DNA from: an uncultured delta proteobacterium
GTDB lineage: Bacteria > Desulfobacterota > Binatia > UBA9968
NCBI GenBank assembly: GCA_963737905.1
Contig: CAVTUQ010000002.1
Location: 192,001-256,000 of the forward strand
Length of the DNA: 64,000 nt
Direction: 5' to 3'
Position 1 is the stretch's first letter. Each line of letters starts with the position of its first letter. Shown here piece after piece: positions 22,517-34,074 of this stretch. Both the position numbers and the translations under genes were made by a program. Under the pieces are notes generated by a model. That model did no database searches, was not told the origin of the DNA, and worked only from the letters and a program-made list of their open reading frames with translations.

Positions 22517-23440
22517 TCATGCCCGCGGGTGGGCCTTGTCATAAACCGCCGTCAGTTGATCCAAATTCAGGTGCGTGTAGCGCTGGGTGGTCGAAAGGCT
22601 GGCGTGCCCGAGCAATTCTTGAATGACCCGCAAATCGGCGCCGCTGTTCAGTAGATGGGTGGCAAAGCTGTGACGCAGTCCATGGGGACCCATTTTGACG
22701 GCGATCCCCGCCTCCCGTAGATGTTTCTCGACCACGCGCGCCACACTCCGGGTCGTGATCCTGCCGCCCCGATGGTTTAAAAAGACAGGGTTCTCCCCGG
22801 TGCAAGGCAAATTCCATTTTGTGCGCACTTCTTGACCATAGTCGCGAAGCGTCTGCAGCGCTACCTCACCGATGGGCACAATCCGTTCCTTGGAACCTTT
22901 CCCGACGACGCGGATTATACCTAGTTGAAAATCAACATCACTCCAATTGAGACCCACCAATTCACTCGCCCGAACGCCTGTGGAATAGAAAACCTCCAAG
23001 ATCGCGCGGTCTCGAACATCTAAAGAACTATTCACCTTGATCGCGCCCAACAACTGAAAGACATCGTCCACCGAAAGAAAATTGGGCAACGGCTTTTCCT
23101 GCTTGGGACTATGAATCAGCCGCAGCGGATCTTTTTCGATCTGACGCGTGGCGACCAAATAACGAAAGAACCCTTTCAGCGCGGCAAGTTTCCGGCCCAT
23201 GGAACTCTTTTTTCGGTTCTTCGTTAGCGCGGCCAAGTATGCCCGCGCGACATAAATGTCGACCTTGTGTACGTCCACGGTCCCATCGTCGTCCAGACAG
23301 AGCTTCCGTTCCATCAGGAAGCTGTAAAATTGGACCAGATCGCTCCGATAATTTCTTAACGTGTGCCGCGACACGTTGCGCTCGTTGCAAAGATGGTCGG
23401 CGTAGTGTTCGATTAGTTCTTTCACGATTCGCGTTCCCAC
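22517..23440 (-). CDS. xerC: Tyrosine recombinase XerC
   Basis: RDRAILE..YSTGVR, GKGSKER, HGLRHSFATH, LGHASLSTTQRY; upstream of hslVU. Confidence 0.92.
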   Translation of the reverse strand: MGTRIVKELIEHYADHLCNERNVSRHTLRNYRSDLVQFYSFLMERKLCLDDDGTVDVHKVDIYVARAYLAALTKNRKKSSMGRKLAALKGFFRYLVATRQIEKDPLRLIHSPKQEKPLPNFLSVDDVFQLLGAIKVNSSLDVRDRAILEVFYSTGVRASELVGLNWSDVDFQLGIIRVVGKGSKERIVPIGEVALQTLRDYGQEVRTKWNLPCTGENPVFLNHRGGRITTRSVARVVEKHLREAGIAVKMGPHGLRHSFATHLLNSGADLRVIQELLGHASLSTTQRYTHLNLDQLTAVYDKAHPRA

Positions 23441-23632
23441 AGAATAACACGCGTGTGAAAAAAAACGAAATCATCCTCGACCCGGTCTGGTACAGACTGT
23501 GGCTACAACAAAGTGCAACAACGAAGGGAACTTGACATAACCAGCCATTAGGGGTAGTTCGCATAGTGCGACTTAGGTCGTAGTCCGGTCACGACACCAA
23601 AACGGAAAGGATTTCAACCGGGAGGATAGTCG

Positions 23633-24811
23633 ATGAAACCGCACCACAATAAGGTAGACCGCCGGTTTTCCATTCTAGGTCCGTATTTCTCCGTAACAGC
23701 CTTTCTTATTCTTTCGCTCACCCCAACATCTTTCGCGCAGAGTAATGCCCAGAGCAAGCAGACATGGGAGCAAGTGCTCGTCGAAGCCAAAAAGGAAGGT
23801 CGGGTTGTGGTTTGGGGACCGCCGGGCGAGCTCATTCGAGAAGCGATGACCCAGGGATTCAAGAAGGCTTTTCCGAACATCGCGATCGAGTATTCGGGTG
23901 CCCGCGGTGGGGAACAGGCGACACGGATCAAGGCCGAAAGAGACGGCGGGGTTTACAGCGTCGATGTAATGCTAAGCGGCACGACGACTGCGATGAACCA
24001 AATGAAGCCCATGAAAGCGCTCGATCCCATCGCGCCGGTACTGATGCTGCCGGAGGTGACCGATTTAAAGAACTGGCGCGGCAACAAACTGGAATTCTCC
24101 GATGAGACCACGCGTTTCAACCTGGTCTTTGCGACGATGCTTAAAACCCCGTTGGTTTATAATCCCAAGCTCGCCAAGCCCGAAGAGATTGATGAGCTGG
24201 CCAAGCTCTTGGATCCCAAATGGAAAGGAAAATTTGTTCTCAACGATCCTTTGCCTTCGGGCTCAGGCAACGTTACCTTCCGCTGGATCTGGCGCATTAT
24301 GGGGCCAGAAAAAGCCCAAGACTATTACCGAAAGATCCGCGCTAATGCGGCGCTTGCCGATCGAGACCAGCGGCGCCAAATCGAGTGGGTCGCTTACGGT
24401 AAATACGCTTTTTTGCTTGCGCCGAGCGACGGCACCTTGGGGCAGCTGCTCGGGCGCGGGTTGAAGCTCGGCGTTCTTCCTGAGTTCAAGGATGGCACTT
24501 ATGTGACTGCCAGCTTCGGCAGCGCGATGCTCCTCAACAAGGCTCCCCATCCCAACGCGGCCGCCGTTTTTCTCAATTGGGTCTTGACCAAACAGGGACA
24601 ATTAGCCTGGAGCAAAGCGATGGATCATGTCAGCCGCAGGATGGATGTTCCCACCGATCATCTTCCTCCGTACATCGTGCCGCCGCCGAACGCTAGGTTT
24701 TTCAGCGGCGAGCCCAAGCCCGGGGACCGCTATTGGCTCAGCTACACCGAAGAAAACGTCCACCGAAGCGCCGAGGAAACCAAGATCCTGAAGGAGCTAT
24801 TTGGCAGGTAA
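23633..24811 (+). CDS. Extracellular solute-binding protein (Fe3+/thiamine-type family)
   Basis: Signal peptide; AKKEG, LLDPKWKGK, APHPNAA. Confidence 0.85.
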   Translation: MKPHHNKVDRRFSILGPYFSVTAFLILSLTPTSFAQSNAQSKQTWEQVLVEAKKEGRVVVWGPPGELIREAMTQGFKKAFPNIAIEYSGARGGEQATRIKAERDGGVYSVDVMLSGTTTAMNQMKPMKALDPIAPVLMLPEVTDLKNWRGNKLEFSDETTRFNLVFATMLKTPLVYNPKLAKPEEIDELAKLLDPKWKGKFVLNDPLPSGSGNVTFRWIWRIMGPEKAQDYYRKIRANAALADRDQRRQIEWVAYGKYAFLLAPSDGTLGQLLGRGLKLGVLPEFKDGTYVTASFGSAMLLNKAPHPNAAAVFLNWVLTKQGQLAWSKAMDHVSRRMDVPTDHLPPYIVPPPNARFFSGEPKPGDRYWLSYTEENVHRSAEETKILKELFGR

Positions 24812-24839
24812 GCAATACTTCTAATTGAGGGAAGGAAAG

Positions 24840-26570
24840 ATGGAACTCACGAGACCAGCCGTCTTCAGGGCGGTTCAATTTCCTAGGATCTCTTGGACCT
24901 GGATTCCTCTAGCGTTGCTTGTCGGTCTACTGTTTCTCATTCTCGCCTATCCCCTGGGACTGCTCCTCGTTAAAAGCTTCGTCATAAGCCGGCCGGGGCA
25001 GCCCACGGTGTGGGCACTCGACGGTTGGCTGGCCGCTTTTACGGATGTTAATCTAGCGGTTGCCATTGGGAATACTTTTTACCTGGCCATTGTCAGAGTT
25101 ATCATCAGTAGCGCAGTGGCGATTTTTTTCGCCTGGGTCGTGACGCGCACCGATACGCCGCTAAAGGGCTTTATCGAAGTGACGTTCTGGCTGGGATTTT
25201 TCCTGCCGTTGCTCCCCATGACCATGGGTTGGATTTTACTCTTGGACCCGTATTACGGGCTCATCAATAAGTTTTTGATGTCCACTTTCGGTTTGTCGCA
25301 GCCTCTCTTTGATGTCTATTCGTATTGGGGAATTATCTGGTGCCATCTGGCTTTCAGTACCTCCGTCAGATTCCTTTTGATGACTCCCGCATTCACGGCG
25401 ATGGACGCAGCGCTGGAGGACGCCGCGCGCACATCCGGCAGCAGCAACATGGGAGTCTTAATGCGCATCACCGTGCCAATTTTAGCGCCTGCTATTCTTG
25501 CCTCTACGGCCCTGGGCTTCATCAGGAGCCTTGAATCTCTAGAGATCGAAATGGTTCTCGGTATCCCTGCGGGAATCTACGTCGTGCCGACGAAGATCTG
25601 GGACTATATCCACTGGGAGCCGCCGCTTTATGATCGCGCCACCGCCCTCTGCAGTATCTTCCTATTGTTTGTCTTCTTCCTGATCTGGATTCACCGGATC
25701 TTTCTTCGCGGCAAAGAATTCACGACCGTCAGCGGCCGCAGCTACATGGTGCGGACCTTCCCGCTGGGCCGGTGGCGTTGGGTGACGTGCGGGCTGTGCT
25801 TGCTCTTTATCCTCGTGATGATTGTCCTGCCGTTGGCAACTCTCATTATGGGTACGTTCATGGAATTCTTCGGCAATTTCGATATGGAACATGTTTGGAC
25901 GATCCGTCACTGGACCTCGGTATTTAGTGACGCCGTGTTTCTGCGCTCGTTAAGAAATACGCTGATTCTTGGACTGGGAGCGGGAATTGTGGGGACCTTG
26001 CTTTACGCGTTAATCAGCTATCTCATCGTGCGCACCCGACTCGCCGGCCGCGGTATCATCGACATTCTCTCCTGGTTACCGTGGGCTTTGCCGGGCGTCT
26101 TGATTAGCCTGGCGCTCTTATGGGCGGTTTTGGGCTCGGGTGAATATGTCAAGATGATCTACGGGACCATATCCGTCCTGGTCTTGGCCATCATCATCAA
26201 AGAGATGCCTCTCGGAACCCAGATCATCAAAGCGGGCGTACTGCAGATCAGTAACGAGCTGGAGGAAGCCTCCAGCGCTTCGGGCGCCACGTGGCTGGCC
26301 GGTTTTCGCCGCATTCTGCTGCCGCTTCTGAAGCCGACCATGCTGGCTGTGGGAATTATCGTGTTTATCTCCGCGGCGAGGGATATTCCGACGGTGATTT
26401 TCCTGGCAACGAATCAAAGCCGAACGCTCTCGCTCTTGATGCTGGACTACATCGCCGACGCCAACAAGGAGAAGGCGGCGGTGCTCGGGGTGTTTTTAGT
26501 ATTTCTCATCTTCGCGCTTCTCTTGATCGGACGGTTATTGGGTTTTCGCAGGTCATCGGTGCATTCATGA
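24840..26570 (+). CDS. FbpB-like ABC permease with duplicated TM domain
   Basis: Two EAA loops (LEDAARTSG, LEEASSASG), many TM helices. Confidence 0.9.
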   Translation: MELTRPAVFRAVQFPRISWTWIPLALLVGLLFLILAYPLGLLLVKSFVISRPGQPTVWALDGWLAAFTDVNLAVAIGNTFYLAIVRVIISSAVAIFFAWVVTRTDTPLKGFIEVTFWLGFFLPLLPMTMGWILLLDPYYGLINKFLMSTFGLSQPLFDVYSYWGIIWCHLAFSTSVRFLLMTPAFTAMDAALEDAARTSGSSNMGVLMRITVPILAPAILASTALGFIRSLESLEIEMVLGIPAGIYVVPTKIWDYIHWEPPLYDRATALCSIFLLFVFFLIWIHRIFLRGKEFTTVSGRSYMVRTFPLGRWRWVTCGLCLLFILVMIVLPLATLIMGTFMEFFGNFDMEHVWTIRHWTSVFSDAVFLRSLRNTLILGLGAGIVGTLLYALISYLIVRTRLAGRGIIDILSWLPWALPGVLISLALLWAVLGSGEYVKMIYGTISVLVLAIIIKEMPLGTQIIKAGVLQISNELEEASSASGATWLAGFRRILLPLLKPTMLAVGIIVFISAARDIPTVIFLATNQSRTLSLLMLDYIADANKEKAAVLGVFLVFLIFALLLIGRLLGFRRSSVHS

Positions 26571-26629
26571 CGCAACTAAACTGGTTTAATACGTTCGCCG
26601 AGAGACATTGCACTGTAAAGGAGGAAATC

Positions 26630-27766
26630 ATGAAGACAAGAGTGGATGTGGTTCATGCGAAGTCTGCAATTGTTCTTGTGGCTTTGCTCACGCTATGCGT
26701 GGCAAATGCTCAATTCGCCCGGGCCCAAAGCGATTCCGGGTGGAAACAGAAATGGGACACAGCGCTCGCCCAAGCGAAGAAGGAGGGGAAAGTGGTGGTA
26801 TTGGGACCGCCGGGTGATCGCATCCGAGACGCGATTACCCAGGGCTTCGCCAAGGCTTTCCCGGATATCAGCCTGGAGTTTTCGGGAGCGCGAGGTGGCG
26901 AGTTGGCCACCCGGGTGAAGGCAGAACGGGATGCCGGTATTTACAGCGTTGACATCGTGATCAACGGGACCAGCACCGCCAACGCCTATTTCAAACCGAT
27001 GAAGTCGCTCGACCCCATCGAGCCGGCGCTCATATTGCCCGAAGTGCTCGATACAAAGAACTGGCGCGACAATCGTCTCGAATTCTCCGATCGCGAGACG
27101 CGTCTCGATTTGGTCTTTACCACGCAGAACAATGTGCCGTTGATTTTTAATCCGGCGCAGGTGAAAGCCGAAGAGGTAGACGAGTTATACAAACTTTTGG
27201 ACCCAAAATGGAAAGGGAAGATTGCCGTCCAGGATCCGATCCCTTCGGGAACCGGAAACGGGATCTTCCGTTGGGCATGGCACGTACTGGGTCCCGAAAA
27301 GGCAATGGATTTCTATCGAAAGATCCGCGCCCAGGCGGCCGTTGTCGACAGGGACCAACGCGCGCAAATCGAGTGGGTTGCTCAAGGCAAATACCCGCTA
27401 AACCTGGGTCCAGGTACTGTCATGTATCAGCTACAAGCCCGCGGGCTTAAGTTCGGTGTGGTACCCTATTTTAAAGACTACGGCACTTACCTTACTCCCG
27501 GTTTCGGCAGCTTAATGTTTATCAACCGGGCCCCGCATCCCAACGCCGGAAAGGTTTTTCTCAACTGGCTCCTCAGCAAAGAAGGCCAGACGGTTTTTAG
27601 CAAGGGCATGGGTTATGTAAGTCGGAGGGTGGACGTGCCCACCGATCACGTCCCTTCCTATTGGGTGCCCAAACCCGGAGTCAAATATTGGGCGGGTTAC
27701 TACGAGGAAGATGCAACGATGTCGCCGGAGCAAATAAAATTTCTCAAATCGATCTACGGGAGATAG
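26630..27766 (+). CDS. Extracellular solute-binding protein, paralog of 23633..24811
   Basis: AAGGAGG RBS, signal peptide, same motifs as the upstream SBP. Confidence 0.85.
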   Translation: MKTRVDVVHAKSAIVLVALLTLCVANAQFARAQSDSGWKQKWDTALAQAKKEGKVVVLGPPGDRIRDAITQGFAKAFPDISLEFSGARGGELATRVKAERDAGIYSVDIVINGTSTANAYFKPMKSLDPIEPALILPEVLDTKNWRDNRLEFSDRETRLDLVFTTQNNVPLIFNPAQVKAEEVDELYKLLDPKWKGKIAVQDPIPSGTGNGIFRWAWHVLGPEKAMDFYRKIRAQAAVVDRDQRAQIEWVAQGKYPLNLGPGTVMYQLQARGLKFGVVPYFKDYGTYLTPGFGSLMFINRAPHPNAGKVFLNWLLSKEGQTVFSKGMGYVSRRVDVPTDHVPSYWVPKPGVKYWAGYYEEDATMSPEQIKFLKSIYGR

Positions 27767-27811
27767 ACCGCGACCGAAACCACATCAGTACTCGTTGGAT
27801 CTTAACTCGAC

Positions 27812-27849
27812 AGGCCCGTCCTAGTGTGAAGGGGACGGGCCTTTTTTTC
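27812..27849 (+). terminator. Intrinsic terminator
   Basis: AGGCCCGTCC...GGACGGGCCT stem followed by a T-run. Confidence 0.85.
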
Positions 27850-27931
27850 TTGATTGACGTTCATCGGCGATTCGCAGTAGGCTGAGTCGTTAAGGGCGGG
27901 TCAGAGTGTCTTCAGAAAGAAAGGAGATTTC

Positions 27932-28378
27932 ATGCCTAAGTTAAGACATATAGCGCTGCATACTCCGGATCCGGAGAAGACCGCGGAGTTTTACAAGCAG
28001 GTTTTTGACATGGTCGAGGTGGGGCGAACCGATTCTCCGATCGCCAAGGGCATTTATTTAAGCGACGGCACCATCAACATGGCGGTGCTCCGTTTCAAAA
28101 CCAGAGAAGCGGCGGATCGGAACTTGACGGTCTAGGTCCGGTTTTCGGCCTGCATCACTTTGGGTTTTGGGTCGAGGATCCGGATGAGACGCGCCGCAGA
28201 GCTGAAAGAGGCGGGCGCAGACTATCGCTTCGGCCGCCCTGCGGAGGCGATAACCGGCTTTTTCGAAGAGAAGTATAAAGGGCCCCGACGCCGTGATGAT
28301 CGATATCACCGAACATGGTTGGGTGGGAGCGGAACCGCTAGAGGGAAAAAACTCCACAGCCCAGGAGCATCCGATTAG
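27932..28378 (+). CDS. VOC/glyoxalase family protein (apparent frameshifts)
   Basis: KLRHIA, FYKQVF, YLSDG.IN; GLHHFGFWV in a shifted frame. Confidence 0.75.
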
Positions 28379-28718
28379 CGCCGGACAAACGTTGACGGCG
28401 CGATAGGCGTCTGAACACGGTCCTCAGGCGCGGCATGAGAGGTTGCTCGTCAGATCGAGAGAGCTGCGTCGTAACACGCTAGTCGCCCTTCGATGTAAGC
28501 AAATCTCCCCTTACCCCTCTTTTTCAAAGAGGGGGACCGGAAAGCTGGAGTTACTATCGAGTGGCGGACTTGCAGAAATTTTAAGATCTCTAGATGCCCT
28601 ATCTTTCGTGAATATGTCCACCGTTGGAAAAGGGGGACTACATGGGCGGACTTTGGTTCCAGCGAAACGGAGATGCCTGTGGACGATAGAACGCGAGCTA
28701 GCGAATAGGCAACTCCGA

Positions 28719-31069
28719 ATGGCGGAAGAGTTCAACCCCATTCATCGGCCGCAGCATTAAACCACACAAGACGAGCCGCTTTCTCACCGGAGGCGGCGTC
28801 TACGTCAGCGATATTCGTCTTCCGAATATGCTGCATGCTGCCCTGGCGCGCAGCATTCATGCGCACGCACGCATTCTCAGCATTGATGTCGAGCAAGCGC
28901 TCCGCTTGGACGGTGTTGCCGGCGTTTGGACCGGAGATGACATCAAGGATCGAGTCGCTCTTTTTCCGGAGAGCTTCGAGATCCATCCCCGCCCATGGCT
29001 CGAAGGTGTGAAGCCAATCCTGCAGGGACCTCGACCTGCCGCTCTGGCCCATCGAAAAGTCCACTACGTTGGCGAGCCCGTGGCCATCGTCGTGGCCGAG
29101 GATCGCCATAGGGCGGAAGACGCCGTAGACGAAATCGTCGTCGAGTATGAAGCATTGCCCGTAGTCGTCGACCCTAGCGAAGCGCTAAAAGACGGCGCGA
29201 CCCTGGTCCATGACGAGTCCAAGGATAACGTCGTATTCAGCTTCAAGGTGAACAAGGGAAACGTCGATCAGTCGTTGCGCGATGCGTCCCACACTTTGCG
29301 CGAGCGTTTTCGGCACCATCGCTATTGCGCAGCGCCTCTGGAAGGCCGCGGGGTCGTGGCGTGGGTCGAACCCAAAACGAATATCCTCACCGTCTGGTCG
29401 TCGACCCAGATGCCGCATCTGGTTCGTCGTCAAATTGCTGGCCAGCTAAATCTTCCTGAAGAGACGGTCCGCGTGATTGCGCCGGATATCGGCGGCGGAT
29501 TCGGCCCTAAGGTCTTCGTCTATCCGGAGGAGATTCTCATCCCGTTTCTGGCGTTGCAGCTAGGCCGGCCGGTCAAGTGGATTGAAGACCGCCGCGAACA
29601 TTTCATCAGCACGGCTCACGGGCGCGACCAGGTCCACGACGTCGAGCTTGCGTTTGACGAAACAGGCCGGATCTTGGGGCTGCGCGATCAGTTCCTGCTG
29701 GACAACGGCGCTTACAATCCAATGGGTTTGACGGACGCATACAACACGGCGGCTCATCTCCAGGGACCATACAAAGTCCCCAATCTATCGGTCGGCGGAA
29801 CCTGTGTCTCAACCAACAAGGTGCCAAATGCGCCTTATCGAGGTGCCGGGCGTCCGGAAGCCGTGTTCGTCATGGAGCGCTGCATGGATTTGATTGCAGT
29901 GAAGTTGAGTTTGGATCCGGCGGAGGTGCGCCGGCGTAATTTCGTCCAGCCCGAGGAGATGCCGTATCATGCCGGAATTTTATATCGCGATGGTGAACCG
30001 ATTTGCTACGACAGCGGCAACTATCCGGAAACACTGGCTCGGGCGCTGAAAGCAGCAGGGTACGAAGAGCTGCGCAAACAACAACAGGAGCTGCGGCAAC
30101 GCGGACGATATCTCGGTATCGGCATCGGGTGTTACGTGGAGGGGACCGGCGTGGGTTCGTTTGAGGGTGCCAAGGTGCGCATTGATCCTTCCGGCCGGAT
30201 CGTAGTTGCGACCGGCGCAACCGGACACGGTCAAGGTCATGAAACCATTTTCGCCCAGATCGCCGCCGACCTTTGGGGAGTGAGCCCGGAAGATGTTCGC
30301 CTGGTCGAAGGCGATACCTCGTCGATACAGTTCGGCTGCGGCACGTTTGGCAGCCGGAGCACCGTCAACGTCGGCTCCGCCCTGTTCGAAGCTTCAGCGC
30401 GCTTGAAAGAAAAAGTGCTGCAGCTCGCCGCGCACTTGCTGGAAGCTAATCGCGATGATTTGGAGCTTGGCGACGGAAAAGTTTTTATCCGGGGAATGCC
30501 GCAACGATCGCTCTCGTTCAGCGAGCTGGCCCGCGCTGCGGTGCCGGGCTGGGCGTCTAAGCTTCCCGATGGGTTGGAACCGGGCCTCGAGGAAACTTTT
30601 TATTTTGTGCCCGCCACGGTGACCTGGGCCAATGCCGCCCATGTTGCGGTCATCGAGGTCGATAGTGACACCGGGGAAATCAAACTGCTCGATTATGTCG
30701 TCTCCCACGATGCGGGGAAGCTCGTCAATCCCCTGCTGGTGGAAGGGCAAATCCACGGCGGCGTCGCTCAAGGGATTGGCGCCGCGCTTTACGAAGAGAT
30801 TTGCTACGATCCCAACGGCCAATTGCTGAGCGGTAGCTTCATGGATTATCTTTTGCCCGGCTCTATGGAAGTGCCCAAGATAAAAACGGTCCATCTCGAA
30901 TCGCCTTCACCGCTCAATCCCCTGGGTATAAAAGGATTGGGCGAGGGAGGAGCGATTGCGCCTCCGGCGGCGATTGCCAACGCCTTGGCGGATGCGCTGT
31001 GCGTAGGTTCAAGTGAACGAAATTCCTCTCAGCCCCAGCCGGGTCCTGGAGATCATCTGGCGCACGTAA
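28719..31069 (+). CDS. Xanthine dehydrogenase/CoxL-family molybdopterin-binding subunit (indels near both ends)
   Basis: GGGFG, PYRGAGRPE, GQGHET, GSRS, GQIHGG, KGLGE. Confidence 0.9.
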
Positions 31070-31144
31070 TTCAAGAGTCCAGATATTGTTTTCGAACCAA
31101 TTGAGACTGTTTGAACGGCTTGAACGATTGGAACGGAATATTAG

Positions 31145-31640
31145 ATGATCGCAAAGCTTCCTATTGAGCTGACTGTCAACGGCAAACAGTGCGAAGGACT
31201 TGTGGAGCCGCGTCTGTCTTTGGCTGACTTCCTGCGCGACCATCTAGGGCTTACCGGAACTCATCTAGGCTGCGAGCAGGGAATCTGCGGTAGCTGCACC
31301 GTTCTTTTTAATGGCGAGACCGTTCGCTCATGTCTCCTCCTCGCCGTGCAAGCAAACGGGGGAGAGTCTTGACCGTCGAGGGGTTGGCGGGATTGGCGAA
31401 AGATGGCGAGCCACTCCATCCGATTCAGCAGGGATTTTTGGAGAAGCTTGGTTTTCAATGCGGCTTTTGTACTCCGGGTTTCTTGATGACCGTCTATGAG
31501 TTACTCAACGAAAATCCTTCTCCCTCCGAAGACGGAAATACGCGAGCACTTGAGCGGTAATCTTTGCCGTTGTACCGGTTATCAGAATATCTGTTGCTGC
31601 CGTCATGTGGGCAGCGGAGCGCCTGCGGAAAACAAGCTGA
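31145..31640 (+). CDS. CoxS-like (2Fe-2S) subunit (apparent frameshifts)
   Basis: GCEQGICGSCT, QCGFCTPG, NLCRCTGY across frames. Confidence 0.88.
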
Positions 31641-31699
31641 TGTATTGTTAATCAGCTCCGATCGTTCTGATGCAACTGGCTACGGGTAACGAACTGGCG

Positions 31700-31773
31700 G
31701 GTTCAGGGTTCAAGAGTTCAAAGGTTCAACGTCCTCTCCCACCTTGAACATTGAACTTTTGAACCCTTGAACA
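31700..31773. repeat. Inverted clusters of GTTCAA and TTGAAC short repeats
   Basis: Four GTTCA(A/G) units facing four TTGAAC units. Confidence 0.75.
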
Positions 31774-31786
31774 TTAGTAAAACGTA

Positions 31787-32569
31787 ATGGCGATCATTCT
31801 GCGAATCAAGGATATCGGCAAGGTCTGGCACATCGAGCGGACCAAAGAACAGGTGGTGGCGCTCGGCGGCATCAGTTTAGATGTCGAGCAAGGCGAGTTC
31901 TTGGTTTTCGTTGGACCGTCGGGTTGTGGCAAATCCACCCTCCTCCAGATCATTGCGGGATTGGAGAAACCCGGGAGCGGCACGGTCGACGTCAGCCGAT
32001 CCGTAGACGGTCAGAAGCAAACCGGAATGGTGTTTCAGGAATTCGCTCTGTTTCCCTGGCGCACGGTTCTGGAAAATATCGTCTTTGGTCCGGAAGTGAG
32101 AAGCGTGCCAAGAGTCCAGCGCGAAGCCAATGCTCAGAAACTGATCGAGTTAGTTCATCTGCGGGGCTTTGAGCATCGCTACCCGCACGAGCTGTCAGGC
32201 GGCATGCGCCAGAGGGTTGCGCTCGCGCGCGCGCTTGCCAACGATCCCGCCATTTTGCTTTTTGACGAACCGCTCGCTTCACTGGATGCCCAGACCCGCA
32301 AGGTGCTGCAAGCAGAGCTCGTGCGCATCTGGCAAGAGACCAAACGGACCTTCATCTATGTGACTCATGGCCTGGACGAGGCGGTCCTGCTCGGTGATCG
32401 GGTCGTGCTCTTTACCGCTCGGCCTGGCCGCATCAAAGAAATCGTGCCGGTGCGGCTGCCCAGGCCCCGCAGCATTACGGGCCGCGCCGAAGCCGAACTG
32501 CTTGAATACCTTTCGGAGCAAATCCGGGAAGAGGTGGAGCGGTCGTTAAAAGCGGAGGGACTGACGTAA
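31787..32569 (+). CDS. ABC ATPase, nitrate/sulfonate (TauB/SsuB-like)
   Basis: GPSGCGKS, LSGGMRQR, DEP. Confidence 0.92.
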   Translation: MAIILRIKDIGKVWHIERTKEQVVALGGISLDVEQGEFLVFVGPSGCGKSTLLQIIAGLEKPGSGTVDVSRSVDGQKQTGMVFQEFALFPWRTVLENIVFGPEVRSVPRVQREANAQKLIELVHLRGFEHRYPHELSGGMRQRVALARALANDPAILLFDEPLASLDAQTRKVLQAELVRIWQETKRTFIYVTHGLDEAVLLGDRVVLFTARPGRIKEIVPVRLPRPRSITGRAEAELLEYLSEQIREEVERSLKAEGLT

Positions 32570-32571
32570 GA

Positions 32572-32699
32572 CAGGCCGCTGAAAAAGACTCATATGCTTC
32601 GTTGCGCTCGACCGAATTTCGCGTCAACGTACAAAAAGAGTACGCCTCCGCTCATCGATCTTCGCGCGCCTCGCCTCTGAGGACTTTTTGAGCAACCTG
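32572..32699. mobile_element. Putative MITE of about 128 bp
   Basis: Terminal inverted repeats CAGGCCGCTGAAAAAG / CTTTTTGAGCAACCTG (13/16 match); non-coding; lies between the ATPase and permease genes. Confidence 0.55.
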
Positions 32700-32802
32700 C
32701 AATTAAATTTTACTAGAGGAATCGGGCAAGACTGGGGTGAAGGGTGAGAACCAACACTCCAATACTCCATCACTCCAACTGTTTCTTAAGCGGGGGTTTT
32801 TT

Positions 32803-33555
32803 ATGTGGAAACGTTACCGGCCGCTCAGGATCATTTCTCCTATCGTTTTCCTTTTGCTCTGGGAGGGCGCGGTGCGGCTGGGCGATGTCAATCAGCTGAT
32901 TATCCCCGCGCCGCTCGCGGTTCTTCGCACCATGATCGACCTGACCCTCGACGGCCGCTTGCCTTGGGCCGTCGCTGTGAGTCTCCAGCGGGTGCTTCAA
33001 GGCTTCATCTACGGCTCACTCCTGGGGATTGGTTTAGGACTTCTGGTGGGATGGTTTCGTGCCGTCGAAGATGCTGTCGACCCCCTTGTTGCCGCCATCT
33101 ACCCGATCCCAAAGTCGGCGCTGTTTCCGCTTTTCATTCTCTGGTTCGGCCTGGGCGAAACCTCCAAGGTCATGACCATCATGATCGGCGTCCTGTTTCT
33201 CGTTCTGATCAACACCGTCACCGGAGTGAAAGCCATCGATCCGGTCCTTCTCAAGGCCGCCCGCGACCTGGGCGCGAACCAACGCCAGATCTTCGCCAAA
33301 GTAGTGATTCCGGGAGCCTTACCCAATATCTTCACCGGCCTCAGGCTGGGAGCCGGTACGGCTTTGATTCTGGTTTTCATCACCGAGATCGAAGCCACTA
33401 AGGCGGGACTCGGATTTTTGCTCTGGGAATCTTATCAGTTGCTTTTGGTGAAGCAGGTGTTCAGTTGTACGATCGCCTTCGGCATTCTCGGGATCCTCGG
33501 CACCTGGCTGCTACAGTGGCTCGAGCGCGTGATGTGTCCGTGGAAACGGGCTTAA
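32803..33555 (+). CDS. ABC permease (TauC/SsuC-like)
   Basis: PIPKSAL, EAA loop KAARDLGA, TM helices. Confidence 0.9.
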   Translation: MWKRYRPLRIISPIVFLLLWEGAVRLGDVNQLIIPAPLAVLRTMIDLTLDGRLPWAVAVSLQRVLQGFIYGSLLGIGLGLLVGWFRAVEDAVDPLVAAIYPIPKSALFPLFILWFGLGETSKVMTIMIGVLFLVLINTVTGVKAIDPVLLKAARDLGANQRQIFAKVVIPGALPNIFTGLRLGAGTALILVFITEIEATKAGLGFLLWESYQLLLVKQVFSCTIAFGILGILGTWLLQWLERVMCPWKRA

Positions 33556-33765
33556 AAGGTTTCTGGTTTTAGCTTCAGATCGAAACTGGGAACCCGAAAA
33601 CATAAAGCGATTGAGGCAAAAATACATGAACAAAACATTTCGAATTCGGTTTGGTTCGATTGAGCTTTAGCAGTTACCCTGGCCGCTACGCTACGATCAA
33701 GGAAGCTGTTGAGCCAAACCGCGAGAAGGGAGTATGCTTTCTCGTAAAGACGAGGTGAGCGAGCG

Positions 33766-34074
33766 ATGAAGACGAATCATATCAAAGTCGACCTCCCGAA
33801 GGAGAAGATTGCCGACTTCTGCCGTCGTCATCACATCCGCAAGTTGGCGGTGTTTGGCTCGGCGTTGCGCAAGGACTTTCGCCCCGACAGCGACATGGAC
33901 GTCCTGGTGGAGTTCGATCCGGGTCACACACCTGGGCTGGCATTTTTTGGGATGGAGCAGGAGCTTTCCGAACTGCTGGGACGAAAGGTAGACTTGAACA
34001 CACCGCAGTTTCTAAGTCCTTACTTCCGCGACAAGGTGCTTGCAGAGGCGGAGGTGCAGTATGCCGAGCCATGA
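33766..34074 (+). CDS. MNT (minimal nucleotidyltransferase) antitoxin
   Basis: FGS-x10-DMD motif, GRKVDL. Confidence 0.9.
   Translation: MKTNHIKVDLPKEKIADFCRRHHIRKLAVFGSALRKDFRPDSDMDVLVEFDPGHTPGLAFFGMEQELSELLGRKVDLNTPQFLSPYFRDKVLAEAEVQYAEP

Noticed and set aside
22517-23440. Tyrosine recombinase as an island integrase
   Set aside because: Its size, motifs and position upstream of hslVU fit housekeeping XerC
28719-31069. Aerobic carbon monoxide dehydrogenase (form I)
   Set aside because: The active-site loop is PYRGAGR, not AYRCSFR, and there is no coxM or cox accessory gene
2345-31640. Programmed frameshifting in DUF1800, glyQS, VOC and coxS
   Set aside because: There are too many unrelated indels and no consistent slippery sites; sequencing error is the simpler explanation
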